Of a stretch of DNA of 64,000 bases, positions 40,448-50,079 are shown one piece after another. This stretch comes from Betaproteobacteria bacterium (lineage in GTDB: Bacteria > Pseudomonadota > Gammaproteobacteria > Burkholderiales > SG8-39), in the NCBI GenBank assembly GCA_947476535.1, contig CANJRC010000009.1, positions 142 to 64,141 of the forward strand, given 5' to 3'. Position numbers and translations under genes: made by a program. Numbering within the stretch: position 1 is the first letter of the stretch; the number at the start of each line of letters is the position of its first letter. The notes beneath the pieces are model-generated. The model saw nothing but the letters and a program-made list of their open reading frames with translations. It was not told where the DNA came from and did not search any database.

Positions 40448-41308
40448 CTAGCGCGCCTTGGCGGCGCGGACATGCTCATCCAACTCGGTAAAACTCGGAC
40501 GCTCGGTGGAGAAGAGAACCTTGCGACCGAATTCCACCGCCAGCTGAGGGGCGTAGCCGTTAAGGCTGGCCAGCAGGGTCACCTTGACGCACTCGAACTG
40601 CTTGGCCGCGTCCGCCGCTTTCTGTTCGAGCAGGCTCGACAGGGGTGAAACGAATCCATAGGCGAGCAGGATGCCGAGGAACGTCCCGACCAGCGCATGG
40701 GCGATCAACATGCCCAATTCGGCGGGCGGCAAGCCCACCGACGCCATGGTGTGCACTACGCCCATGACGGCCGCGACGATACCGAACGCGGGCAGACCGT
40801 CGCCGACGCGCTGAATCGCCTGTGCGGGAATGGCCGCCTCGTGATGGTGCGTGTCGATCTCGCCATCCATCAGGGTTTCTATTTCCAGTGAATTGAGATT
40901 TCCGCTCACCATCAATCGAAGGTAGTCGGTGAGGAACTCGATCATGTGATGGTCCGCGAGCAACCGCGGAAACTGGGAAAACATCGGGCTTTCCTCGGGA
41001 GAGTCCACGTCAGACTCGATGGACATCAAGCCCTCCTTGCGCACCTTGCTGAGGATCATGTACAGCAGGCCCATCAGCTCCAGGAAACTCTCCTTGCTGT
41101 GCTTGGAGCCCTGAAGCACGGTGGGCAATGCCTGGAAGGTCGCCTTCAGCACCTTGATCGAGTTGCCCACTACGAAGGCGCCCACCGCCGCTCCGCCGAT
41201 CATCAGCAATTCCACGGGCTGCAGCAGCGCTGCAAGATGCCCCCCGGCCAGCATGAAGCCACCGAAGACCGACCCGATGATGACGATGTAGCCGACGATG
41301 ACTAGCAC
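40448..41308 (-). CDS. motA: flagellar stator protein MotA
   Basis: 286 aa with MotA/TolQ/ExbB-type topology, directly upstream of motB. Confidence 0.95.
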   Translation of the reverse strand: MLVIVGYIVIIGSVFGGFMLAGGHLAALLQPVELLMIGGAAVGAFVVGNSIKVLKATFQALPTVLQGSKHSKESFLELMGLLYMILSKVRKEGLMSIESDVDSPEESPMFSQFPRLLADHHMIEFLTDYLRLMVSGNLNSLEIETLMDGEIDTHHHEAAIPAQAIQRVGDGLPAFGIVAAVMGVVHTMASVGLPPAELGMLIAHALVGTFLGILLAYGFVSPLSSLLEQKAADAAKQFECVKVTLLASLNGYAPQLAVEFGRKVLFSTERPSFTELDEHVRAAKAR

Positions 41309-41365
41309 TTTGCCCCTGCCACTGTTGAAGAGGTTGGGCCGCTACCCGCTCGCGGCCATGCCTGT

Positions 41366-41392
41366 GTTACGGCAGGGCAGGACAATACTTGA
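41366..41392 (-). promoter_or_regulatory. weak FliA-type promoter candidate for motAB-cheYZ
   Basis: The minus strand reads TCAAGTAT-N11-GCCGTAAC, lying between flhC and motA. Confidence 0.3.
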
Positions 41393-41436
41393 GATCGACT
41401 GCCCCCCGAACTACGGCCAGGGGGCCATGCTGAAAC

Positions 41437-42054
41437 CTACATTGCGAGGGACGGCCCGTCGCTCGCCACCCTGTTGGTCGAAGCCTTTGTGCTTGGCTTG
41501 CCCTTGCTCTTGGCTTCATCGGCTGCCGCATGCGCCGCCTTGACCGTCTTTCCGGCGCGGGCAGGCATGTGGCACAAGCCGCATCGATAGTTATCGTACA
41601 GCTCACGCGCATGCACGACAAACTTACCGTGGCACAGGCGACAAGGCCTCATGCGCAACATGCCGCTATCGATGAATTTCACCAGCCGCCACGCTCGCGT
41701 CACCGTCAGCACCGGCTCCAGACCCCCGGTCGCCACATGCTCCAGATATAACTGGTAGGCCTTGATCAGGATGTCGATCTGGTCGATGTCGCTCGATTTA
41801 TCGAGATACTCATGGATATTTAGGAACAAAGAAGAATGTATGTTCGGCTGCCAGGTCATGAACCAATCGGTCGAAAACGGCAGCATCCCCTTGGGTGGAG
41901 ACTTGTGACGCAGCTCCTTGTACAGGCGCAACAGGCGCTCACGGCTAACCGACAGTTCGGACTCCAGTAACTGGACCCGCGCGCCGAGGTGAATCAGGCT
42001 GGTGGCACGCTCGATTTCGTGCGCGTCGTCGACGATGCTGCGGCTGCGCGCCAT
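41437..42054 (-). CDS. flhC: flagellar master regulator subunit FlhC
   Basis: 205 aa. Has SLIHLGARVQLLE and a Cys cluster CRLCHGKF...CGLCH. Confidence 0.9.
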   Translation of the reverse strand: MARSRSIVDDAHEIERATSLIHLGARVQLLESELSVSRERLLRLYKELRHKSPPKGMLPFSTDWFMTWQPNIHSSLFLNIHEYLDKSSDIDQIDILIKAYQLYLEHVATGGLEPVLTVTRAWRLVKFIDSGMLRMRPCRLCHGKFVVHARELYDNYRCGLCHMPARAGKTVKAAHAAADEAKSKGKPSTKASTNRVASDGPSLAM

Positions 42055-42055
42055 C

Positions 42056-42406
42056 TCACACCACCCCGGCCAGGCTGCCCGACATCAGTATGTTGGCATG
42101 CGCGATTCCGGCATTGCGGTCGCGACTGTGGCTGGTCAGGAGTTCCCACACCAGCTTTTCATCGAAGCGAAACCGACACATCAACAGACTGCTCGCCGCC
42201 ATTTTCAGCAACTGGCCCGGCGTGAGCGCATCAATGAGGTCCGCCAGCTCGCCGCTGATGCCGAGCCGATACAGGGCCTGCACGCGGTCGCTGCGGATCA
42301 TATGCTGGGCAAGCATCAGGTAGGTCAGATTGGCCTCGCGGATCTCTTCGAGCAGCATGTCGGACTTCAGGTTGGGACGCTCATCGATTGCGGTGCTGGT
42401 CTTCAT
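42056..42406 (-). CDS. flhD: flagellar master regulator subunit FlhD
   Basis: 116 aa from MKTSTAID with GGGAGA upstream. Has NLTYLMLAQHMI and LLMCRFRFD. The ORF-track start at 42535 is an extension. Confidence 0.85.
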   Translation of the reverse strand: MKTSTAIDERPNLKSDMLLEEIREANLTYLMLAQHMIRSDRVQALYRLGISGELADLIDALTPGQLLKMAASSLLMCRFRFDEKLVWELLTSHSRDRNAGIAHANILMSGSLAGVV

Positions 42407-42720
42407 GGTGATCTCCCGGTTTGCGGTTTCAAGGTTGGCCTTACCCGCTGCAGCTTCTGCGTCCGCGACAGGTTTCTCTTCAGACGGCCCCATCATGACC
42501 GTTAACCACACGCCACAGAATCGGTTGCGTTCCAATCATGGGGTGGGCGCCAGCCAACGCAGCTTGTAGGAACAACTCCTAGACGCTCTATGAAGAACAT
42601 GCCGATGTCATAGCCGCGGAATAGCGATGGATTTTGCCGCCACTCCGGAAATTCGCGCGAAGGCATCCAAGCTACGATGCTTGCAGCATGAGGTGCGAAA
42701 GCGGAAAAGGCTCACGGCAT

Positions 42721-42748
42721 TAAAGTTTCTTCGCATGCCGGCCGATAA
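42721..42748 (+). promoter_or_regulatory. FliA (sigma-28) promoter of fliC
   Basis: TAAAGTTT-N12-GCCGATAA, with both boxes matching the consensus perfectly. It lies about 77 nt upstream of the fliC ATG. Confidence 0.8.
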
Positions 42749-42824
42749 GCGAACTTAAGGCGTCCCGGTTCCGGTTACCGGAGGGGCTCCGGGATCCGTT
42801 CAATCACCTCAAGGAGACTTTGTC

Positions 42825-44027
42825 ATGCCAATGATGATCAACACCAACGTAGCGTCACTCACCGCCCAGCGCAACTTGAACAGCACGCAGGGTGCCGTAT
42901 CCACCGCCATGCAGCGCCTGTCATCCGGCCTGCGCATCAACGGCGCCAAGGACGACGCCGCAGGCCTCGCCATTTCGCAGCGCATGTCGGCACAAGTGAA
43001 AAGTATCAACCAGGGCATTCGCAACGCCAACGACGGAATTTCCATGATCCAGACGGCGGAAGGCGGCCTGGACCAGATCCAGACCATGATGCAGCGCATG
43101 CGCGAACTGGCCGTTCAGGCATCCAGCGACACGGTGGGTGCAACGGAACGCGGCTATGCCAACACGGAAATCCAGCAGTTGCTGACCGAAGTCAACAACA
43201 TCGCAACGCGCACCAAGTTCAACGGCAACAGCCTGCTGACGGGCGCGCTTTCCACGTCGCAGAGCGGCGGCACGGCGGCGGTCGGAACGAACTTCGGTGC
43301 AGCCAACCACGCCACCATCACGGCCGTCGACGTGAGCGGCGGAAAGGCTGGTACGACCTATACGTTCAACGACGCAGGTGCCGGCAAGTTGGAATTGTCG
43401 GATGGCACCCTCACCCAGATGATTGACATCAGTGCCGTCGCTGCCACGGCAAATCAGGGCACCGCTGTCAACTTCGACAAACTGGGCGTGCAACTCACCT
43501 TCACGCAGGATGCGACGGGACAGACCGGCACGGTGTCGGCCACTGGCCTCGATGGTTTGACTGTGATCACCGCAGCCGGTAGCGCCAGCGCGACGCTCCA
43601 GGTGGGCGTGGATTACCAGGCTACCAGCCAGGTCACCGTGGCTTTCAGCGACGCACGCGTGCAAACCACCAACAGCAATGGGGCATTGTCCCAGCTACGC
43701 ACCGACCTGAACACCTTCAACGGCTCCCAAAGTGCGGCCAATGCGGGTGCCTTGTTTGGATCCATCGACAATGCGCTCAACGCAATCAGCACCCAGCGCG
43801 CCACCTACGGTGCGGCGCAAAACCGGCTAACCAACGCGGTTGCCAACCTGCAGGTCACCAGCGAAAACCTGTCGGCCGCCAAGTCGCAGATCACCGACGC
43901 GGATTTCGCGGCGGAAACCGCGGCACTCACGCGCGGGCAGATCCTGCAGCAGGCGGGTCAGGCGATGCTGGCGCAAGCCAATTCGTCGCCAAACCAGGTG
44001 CTCTCGCTGTTGAGGAACCTCGGCTAA
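42825..44027 (+). CDS. fliC: flagellin
   Basis: 400 aa. N-terminus MPMMINTNVASLTAQRNL and C-terminus QILQQAGQAMLAQANSSPNQVLSLL. Confidence 0.95.
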   Translation: MPMMINTNVASLTAQRNLNSTQGAVSTAMQRLSSGLRINGAKDDAAGLAISQRMSAQVKSINQGIRNANDGISMIQTAEGGLDQIQTMMQRMRELAVQASSDTVGATERGYANTEIQQLLTEVNNIATRTKFNGNSLLTGALSTSQSGGTAAVGTNFGAANHATITAVDVSGGKAGTTYTFNDAGAGKLELSDGTLTQMIDISAVAATANQGTAVNFDKLGVQLTFTQDATGQTGTVSATGLDGLTVITAAGSASATLQVGVDYQATSQVTVAFSDARVQTTNSNGALSQLRTDLNTFNGSQSAANAGALFGSIDNALNAISTQRATYGAAQNRLTNAVANLQVTSENLSAAKSQITDADFAAETAALTRGQILQQAGQAMLAQANSSPNQVLSLLRNLG

Positions 44028-44129
44028 GCAATAGCGTAGTACGCGTCCGACGGCGCTCGCGTGCCACGGACGCGCAATGAAAAGTACCGGGCCGGGGGCT
44101 ATTCCTCCGGCCCCAGGAAGGAGGGCAAC

Positions 44130-44459
44130 ATGGACTTGCAACCAGTCGGCATGCCGGCAGCGCTCGCTTCACGCGTCGAGCCAACGCACCCGGAGCGCTC
44201 GCCCGCGCCACGGGTGAAGGTGCCGGCGGCGCCCGAAACCGCAATGGCAGCGCGCATACAGGTGGCGATCGACCGCGCCAGCGGCAGCATGTCACGGGAC
44301 CTGGACATATCCTCGGACCCGAGCACGCAGCGTATCGTGTTGCGGGTGGTAGATCACGCGACCGGGGAAGTTGTTCGCCAGTTTCCCTCGCCGGAAGCAC
44401 TTGCGATCGCCCAGGACATCGACAGGCAGCGGGGGCAGATGTTGCGGCAAGCGTTCTGA
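44130..44459 (+). CDS. flaG: FlaG-family protein
   Basis: 109 aa from MDLQPV with AGGAAGGAGGG upstream. Has the motif DISSDPSTQRIVLRVVDHATGEVVRQFPSPEAL. Confidence 0.75.
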   Translation: MDLQPVGMPAALASRVEPTHPERSPAPRVKVPAAPETAMAARIQVAIDRASGSMSRDLDISSDPSTQRIVLRVVDHATGEVVRQFPSPEALAIAQDIDRQRGQMLRQAF

Positions 44460-44478
44460 TCTCGCAGCTGATGTGGTT

Positions 44479-44523
44479 GGCCAATGGCAGCCGGGTTAGT
44501 CCCCGTCTGCCGTCGGCCTTTTT
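44479..44523 (+). terminator. Rho-independent terminator-like hairpin between flaG and fliD
   Basis: Imperfect stem GGCCAATGGCAG...CTGCCGTCGGCC followed by TTTTT. Confidence 0.55.
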
Positions 44524-44570
44524 GCAATAGTGTGGCGCAGGAGCCGCGCGACGAAGTCGGGGGAGTCGAT

Positions 44571-46583
44571 ATGGCAACGATCTCATCATCAACCGGGTCG
44601 ACGCTCGACGTCAACAGCATCGTCACTCAGCTGATGCAGGTCGAGCAGCGGCCGCTGACTCGCCTCGACAAGCGCGAAGCGAGCTATCAGTCGAAATTGT
44701 CCGCGTACGGCAACCTCAGCAGCGCCGTTTCCGCATTCCAGACCGCGATGAACGGCATGTCCAGCCCGGCGAGCCTGCTCTCACTGAAGGTTTCGGCATC
44801 GGATTCGAGCATCTTCTCGGCGTCTGCCGCAGCGGGGGCCATTCCGGGCACGTACACGGTGGAAGTGAGCAAACTTTCCCAGCAGCAGAAACTGGTCGCG
44901 ACAGGTCAGATCAGCATCGGTACGTCCATAGGGTCCGGCACATTGACGCTGGACTGGGGAACCATCAGCGGAGGGACGCTCGATACCGGCACCGGAATCT
45001 ACAGTGGTGCTGCGTTCGCAGCGACAAGCGGTTCGCAGACTAGCATCACCATCGACTCATCCAACAACACCCTGTCTGGCATTCGCGATGCGATCAATTC
45101 CGCGAAAGCCGGAGTCACTGCAAGCATCGTCAACGACGGCGGGGCAACTCCCTATCACCTCGTACTCACGTCGGACAAGACCGGCGCGACGAACAGTCTG
45201 AAAATATCCGTCAGCGGCGATGCCGCACTGTCCATACTGTTGGCCCATAATCCCGCCGGCACCCAGAACCTGTCTCAGAAGTCCGTAGCCCAGGACGCGG
45301 AACTGAAGGTGGATGGGGTATTGATCACCAAGTCCAGCAACAGCGTCTCCGATGCCATCAACGGCGTCACGCTGAACCTGGCCAAGACCAACATCAACGC
45401 GCCCGCCTCCCTGACTGTCACCCGGGACATATCTGCAGTGCAAGGGTTGGCGCAGGGCTTTGCCAATGCTTATAACGCCTTTCAAAAAAGCGTGCGGAGT
45501 CTGGCAAGCTACGACGCCAATACCAAAACGGCCGGGCCGCTGTATGCGGACGGAACGACCGGCGCCCTCGCAGTCAGTGTCCGCTCCATCCTGTCGGCAA
45601 GACTTTCCGGCTCGGGAACCTACGCGAACCTGTCGCAGCTGGGCCTGTCCTTCCAGCGCGACGGGACGCTGAAGCTGGATACCGCCAAGCTTCAGGCGGC
45701 GGTATCCAGCGCTCCGGAGGAGGTCGCCGCCGCATTCGCGCAGTCCGGCCGCCCCACCGACAGCATGGTCAGCTATGCGGGTGCAAGCAGCGCAACCAAA
45801 GCGGGAGACTACGCAGTGAACGTCTCCCAACTGGCCACCCGTGGCACGAGCGTTGGCTCGGCGGTGGCCAATCTAACCATAGCCGCCGCAGACAATGACG
45901 TCCTGTCGGTATCGATCGACGGTGTCACTGCCTCCGTGACGCTCAGCCCGGGGACTTACGCCAGCGCCGATGCGCTCGCAGATGAAGTGCAGACGCGCAT
46001 CAATGCCGCTGCTGCCTTCGTTATCGCGGGCGTTCGCGTGACGGCGAGCAGCTCTGCAGGCGCCATCAAGATCACCTCGCAGTCCTATGGGACGGAGTCC
46101 AACGTCCTCGTCAGCGGCGGCAAGAGCGCCACCGACCTGCTCGGCAATGCGCCAACCAATACGACCGGTTTCGATGTTGCAGGAACGATAGGCAGTGTCG
46201 TCGGAGTCGGCAAGGGCCAGGCCCTCACCGGGTTTGGCGGCAGCCCTTCTGACGGGCTGCAGGTCGCCATCACCGGCGGAAACACCGGGGCCCGCGGCAC
46301 GGTCAGCTATTCGCGCGGATTTGCCTATCAGCTGAGCCAACTCGCGGCGCGCTATCTGGAACCTGCCGGAACCATCGCCAATCGAACTACGGGAATTTCC
46401 ACGTCCATCACCAACATCGGCAAGCAGCGCGACGCCCTGGCCTCTCGCCTGGCAATCACCGAGCAGCGCTATCGCCAGCAGTATTCCACGCTCGACGGCC
46501 TGCTCTCGAAGATGCAGAGCACGCAGACCTACCTCACCCAGCAGATGGATGCGCTGGCGAACCTGACCAGCTCAAGGAACTGA
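44571..46583 (+). CDS. fliD: flagellar filament cap FliD
   Basis: 670 aa from MATISSSTGSTLDVNSIVTQLMQVEQRPL. The C-terminus is also typical of FliD. Confidence 0.9.
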   Translation: MATISSSTGSTLDVNSIVTQLMQVEQRPLTRLDKREASYQSKLSAYGNLSSAVSAFQTAMNGMSSPASLLSLKVSASDSSIFSASAAAGAIPGTYTVEVSKLSQQQKLVATGQISIGTSIGSGTLTLDWGTISGGTLDTGTGIYSGAAFAATSGSQTSITIDSSNNTLSGIRDAINSAKAGVTASIVNDGGATPYHLVLTSDKTGATNSLKISVSGDAALSILLAHNPAGTQNLSQKSVAQDAELKVDGVLITKSSNSVSDAINGVTLNLAKTNINAPASLTVTRDISAVQGLAQGFANAYNAFQKSVRSLASYDANTKTAGPLYADGTTGALAVSVRSILSARLSGSGTYANLSQLGLSFQRDGTLKLDTAKLQAAVSSAPEEVAAAFAQSGRPTDSMVSYAGASSATKAGDYAVNVSQLATRGTSVGSAVANLTIAAADNDVLSVSIDGVTASVTLSPGTYASADALADEVQTRINAAAAFVIAGVRVTASSSAGAIKITSQSYGTESNVLVSGGKSATDLLGNAPTNTTGFDVAGTIGSVVGVGKGQALTGFGGSPSDGLQVAITGGNTGARGTVSYSRGFAYQLSQLAARYLEPAGTIANRTTGISTSITNIGKQRDALASRLAITEQRYRQQYSTLDGLLSKMQSTQTYLTQQMDALANLTSSRN

Positions 46584-46741
46584 TACTTCGACTACTCGAC
46601 AACATGCCCGCCATTCCATCGAAACCTGATCCTCAAGTTTATGCCCGCAATTGCCGACACAGCATGCACAGCCAATCGCCATCCCGGCATGAGCCGGGAC
46701 CGGTTTGCCCTTGCATAGAACCTACCTGATGGAGACTTACA

Positions 46742-47191
46742 ATGATCTATTCCAACCAGTCAGCCGCACGCGCCTACGCCAGTGTCGGCCTGGAGACGGA
46801 TGTGGCGTCAGTCGAGCCGGCGCAACTCATCGTCATGCTCTATGACGGGGCGCTGCTGTCAATCGCCAGGGCTCGCCAACACATGACCGAGCGCAACATC
46901 CAGAAAAAGGCATCGTCGATATCCAAGGCGGTACAGATCATCGACGAGGGGCTCAAGGCCAGCCTCGAGGTGCGCCGAGGAGGCGACCTCGCACGCCAAC
47001 TCTGGCAACTGTACGAATACATGTGTCGCCGCCTTCTCCTGGCCAGCGTCAACAACGACGTCTCCGGGCTGGACGAAGTCACGCGACTGCTTACCGACCT
47101 CAAGGACGCCTGGAGCCAACTCGCGCCTGCCGCCGTGCCCGTGCTTGGCGGCAATGTCGTGCCGCTGCAAAGCCGCTTTGACAAGCGCTAA
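46742..47191 (+). CDS. fliS: flagellin chaperone FliS
   Basis: 149 aa. Has AYASVGLETDV, QLIVMLYDGAL and LYEYMCRRL. Confidence 0.9.
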   Translation: MIYSNQSAARAYASVGLETDVASVEPAQLIVMLYDGALLSIARARQHMTERNIQKKASSISKAVQIIDEGLKASLEVRRGGDLARQLWQLYEYMCRRLLLASVNNDVSGLDEVTRLLTDLKDAWSQLAPAAVPVLGGNVVPLQSRFDKR

Positions 47192-47194
47192 GCC

Positions 47195-47512
47195 ATGGAA
47201 TCGCAGATCCTTTCATGCTACGAAGTGCTCCGCGCGGCGTCAGAACGCATGCTGCGAGCAGCTAGCGGTGACGATCTCGATGGCCTGTCAGCCGCCGCAG
47301 CCGACTGTGCGGCCACGATAGCCCGCCTGCGCGCAATCGGCGACGGCGTCCAGATGAGTGATGAAGGAAAACGCCGGAAGATGGCCATCATCCGCGAGGT
47401 TCTTGCTGATGATGCGCAGATACGCCAGATGACCCAACCCTGGATGCGACGACTCGAAGTGCTGATCGGCGGTGCCGCCACCCAGCGAAGGCTGCAAGCA
47501 GCCTACGGCTGA
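47195..47512 (+). CDS. fliT: FliD chaperone FliT (probable)
   Basis: 105-aa helical protein directly after fliS. Confidence 0.65.
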   Translation: MESQILSCYEVLRAASERMLRAASGDDLDGLSAAAADCAATIARLRAIGDGVQMSDEGKRRKMAIIREVLADDAQIRQMTQPWMRRLEVLIGGAATQRRLQAAYG

Positions 47513-48513
47513 TGACCATGCCCATCGCAGCGATCAGCGCCTCGCCCGTGGCCAGCGCCACGGCGCAGCGCGACACTGTCGCCGTTCCGGCCCGGCAGCT
47601 TCAGGAGGCATTCGCCAGCAGCACCACGCCGGAGCCGGTCCGCAGATTGGTGATGGATTCCCTCCTCACCCTGGGATCCGTCACCGTGCGTGTGGTGGAA
47701 CAGCGCGCCAGCGGGGAAAGCATCATCGAAGTCGACGGTGCACGCATCGCGCTGCGCCTGCCTGGCGTGCACGCACCGAGCGATAGCGTGCAGCTCGCCT
47801 TGACCGAACCCGATGGCGAGTGGCGGGTCGTTCCGAAAAGCGATTATGCCTTCAGCAACACCGCCCGCTTGCTGGCCAGTCTTGCCGCCCCACCACAGGA
47901 AGCAGTGCGCCCTGCAACCGACACCCGACCTCTGGCTGAGTCCGGCGACACGCCGGATTTCCTCGCCGGCGCGTTGAGCAAGGCCGTCTCCGGCAGCGGC
48001 CTGTTCTATGAAGCTCACCTGGCACGTTGGCTGGAAGGCGATTACCTATTGGCTGACGTGCGGCGCGAACCGCAATCCGAGGTGACGCTAACCGGCGCCA
48101 ACGACCTGGGTCCTGGTGGCATCCGCGCAGAGCAACCGGCCGTGGTCGCAGAACGGCTGCTGCCCCTGCTCAGGCAGCAATTGGGGACGCTTGAAAATCA
48201 GACGATCCCATGGAGCGGCATGTTGTGGCCCGGACAAAGCGGGTCAATCGAAATCCACCCTGAAGACTCCCGCTCCATCGAAGCCGGAACCCGGGACCCC
48301 GTATGGATTACCCGCCTCACGCTCGATCTGCCACGGCTCGGCCGCGTCGAAGCCCTGGTCGCATTGCGTGGTGCCAAGGTAGCGTTGTCGCTGGTCAGCG
48401 ACACTGCGGACACGGCTAGCGAATTGACGATCGCGCGAGCCTCCCTGGAACAAGCACTGGCTTCCCGCGGACTGCATGCGGACAGCCTGCTCGTCAAACA
48501 CGCAGGAGCCTGA
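47512..48513 (+). CDS. second protein with a FliK-type C-terminal (hook-length control) domain
   Basis: 333 aa. The ATG overlaps the fliT stop. The C-terminal block ITRLTLDLPRLGRVEALVALRGAKVALSLVSDT...LEQALASRGL resembles the FliK C-domain (compare fliK at 55102). Confidence 0.65.
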   Translation: MTMPIAAISASPVASATAQRDTVAVPARQLQEAFASSTTPEPVRRLVMDSLLTLGSVTVRVVEQRASGESIIEVDGARIALRLPGVHAPSDSVQLALTEPDGEWRVVPKSDYAFSNTARLLASLAAPPQEAVRPATDTRPLAESGDTPDFLAGALSKAVSGSGLFYEAHLARWLEGDYLLADVRREPQSEVTLTGANDLGPGGIRAEQPAVVAERLLPLLRQQLGTLENQTIPWSGMLWPGQSGSIEIHPEDSRSIEAGTRDPVWITRLTLDLPRLGRVEALVALRGAKVALSLVSDTADTASELTIARASLEQALASRGLHADSLLVKHAGA

Positions 48514-48515
48514 CC

Positions 48516-48815
48516 ATGACCTCTCGCGCACCGCCTCAAAATGCAGTCGCCCTGTCATACCGGACAAGCGATTTTTCTCCTCGCGTCGTCGCCAAGGGCC
48601 AGGGGCCGATCGCGGAGGAAATCATCCGCCGCGCGCGCGAAGCCGGCGTATACGTGCATCAATCCACAGAGCTGGTGGGCATACTGATGCGCATCGACCT
48701 GGACCGGCATATTCCGCCCGAGCTCTACTTCGTCGTTGCAGAACTCCTTGCATGGCTGCATCGCACGGAACATTCCAAAAAAGCAGCCCGCGCCAATGGC
48801 GCCGGCATTGCATGA
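48516..48815 (+). CDS. FlhB C-terminal-domain-like small protein (EscU/YscU/HrcU-like)
   Basis: 99 aa. AVALSYRTSDFSPRVVAKGQGPIAEEIIRRAREAGVYVHQSTELV...PPELYFVVAELLAWL aligns with FlhB residues after the NPTH site. Confidence 0.75.
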   Translation: MTSRAPPQNAVALSYRTSDFSPRVVAKGQGPIAEEIIRRAREAGVYVHQSTELVGILMRIDLDRHIPPELYFVVAELLAWLHRTEHSKKAARANGAGIA

Positions 48816-48822
48816 GGCCACC

Positions 48823-49581
48823 ATGAGCGAAAATACAGACACTTTCCAACGCCCCGAACCAGCCGATGCAGACATCGAACATTTTCAGGTGTATTCGCGC
48901 GTGGAGATCCTGTCGCTGCTGCGGGCACTGCGCGACCATCACGTGCTGATCACGATCTATTTCAGCGGCGGAGAGGATTTCCTGGTCACGACACTGCTGG
49001 ACGTCAACCCCGAATTCGAGGAACTGGTGTTCGACTCGCGCGCCGACCGCGCCCAGAACGAGCGGCTGTTCGCCTCCCAACGAATCACGGCCGTCGCTTT
49101 CATCGACAAGATCAAGCTGCAGTTCAACGCGCAACGCGTGGAACGCACCGTTCACGAAGGTCGGGAGGCGGTGCGCGCCCGCCTTCCAGATTCGCTGCTT
49201 CGATTGCAGCGCCGGGATTTCTACCGCGTCGCCACGCCCGTCGCGCGCCCGGTGACATGCAGCGCCCTCCATCCGGGGAACGCCGACCAGCGCGTCGGCA
49301 TGACCGTCACCGACATCAGCAGCGGCGGAATCTGTGTACTGGTCGACCCGGAGCAGCTCGCCGCATCGCCGGGAATGCTTCTCAATGATTTTCGCATGGA
49401 CCTGGGAGAACTCGGCTCGATCGAGGGCACGTTGCAGATCAGGCACGTTTCCGAGGCGCACCGCGGCACGGCCAAGCGGCATCGGCTTGGCTGCGCTTTC
49501 TACCGCATGCCCGGCACCATGGGCACGCTGGTGCAACGCTACGTCACATCGCTGGAACGCGAACGCCTGCTGCGCCGATAA
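48823..49581 (+). CDS. ycgR: c-di-GMP-binding flagellar brake protein YcgR (YcgR-N + PilZ)
   Basis: 252 aa from MSENTDT, with the PilZ motifs RRDFYR and DISSGG. Confidence 0.8.
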   Translation: MSENTDTFQRPEPADADIEHFQVYSRVEILSLLRALRDHHVLITIYFSGGEDFLVTTLLDVNPEFEELVFDSRADRAQNERLFASQRITAVAFIDKIKLQFNAQRVERTVHEGREAVRARLPDSLLRLQRRDFYRVATPVARPVTCSALHPGNADQRVGMTVTDISSGGICVLVDPEQLAASPGMLLNDFRMDLGELGSIEGTLQIRHVSEAHRGTAKRHRLGCAFYRMPGTMGTLVQRYVTSLERERLLRR

Positions 49582-49615
49582 TTGCCCGCGCGGCGCGCAC
49601 AAGCCTACCGCAGGC

Positions 49616-49921
49616 CTACACCTGCATGTTCATGATGTCGTGGTAGGCCGATACCAGTCGATTCCTCACTTGCACCAATGCCTGAAACGAAATATTGGCG
49701 TCCTGGGTCGCCAGCATGGCCTCCTCGAGGCTGACCTTCGGATCGCCGAGCTGGTACTGGCGCTGCACCGCGTCGGCCTTGACCTGATCCGCGTTGACGC
49801 TGTCGAGCGCCTTGCTGAAGGCAGCGGCGAAGCCGCCGACTGCACCTGACGTTCGCCCGCCCCCGAAACCGGTGTTCACTGCTGCCATCGGTTCCGCTGC
49901 GATCGGTGCAATGTCTACCAT
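49616..49921 (-). CDS. fliE: flagellar hook-basal body protein FliE
   Basis: 101 aa. C-terminus ISFQALVQVRNRLVSAYHDIMNMQV. Confidence 0.9.
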   Translation of the reverse strand: MVDIAPIAAEPMAAVNTGFGGGRTSGAVGGFAAAFSKALDSVNADQVKADAVQRQYQLGDPKVSLEEAMLATQDANISFQALVQVRNRLVSAYHDIMNMQV

Positions 49922-50079
49922 GAGTGCCTCCCATCATCGAATGATGGTGCACATGCTAGCCGAAGCGCCCGTCGGAGTTCTCTGGAATTGGACCGCAAAC
50001 ACGCGCCTGATCCCGGCTTTTACCTTTGCGTGGGTGCGCATAATTACCTCCCATGAATGCAGCTTACCGTTGAGTCGAG

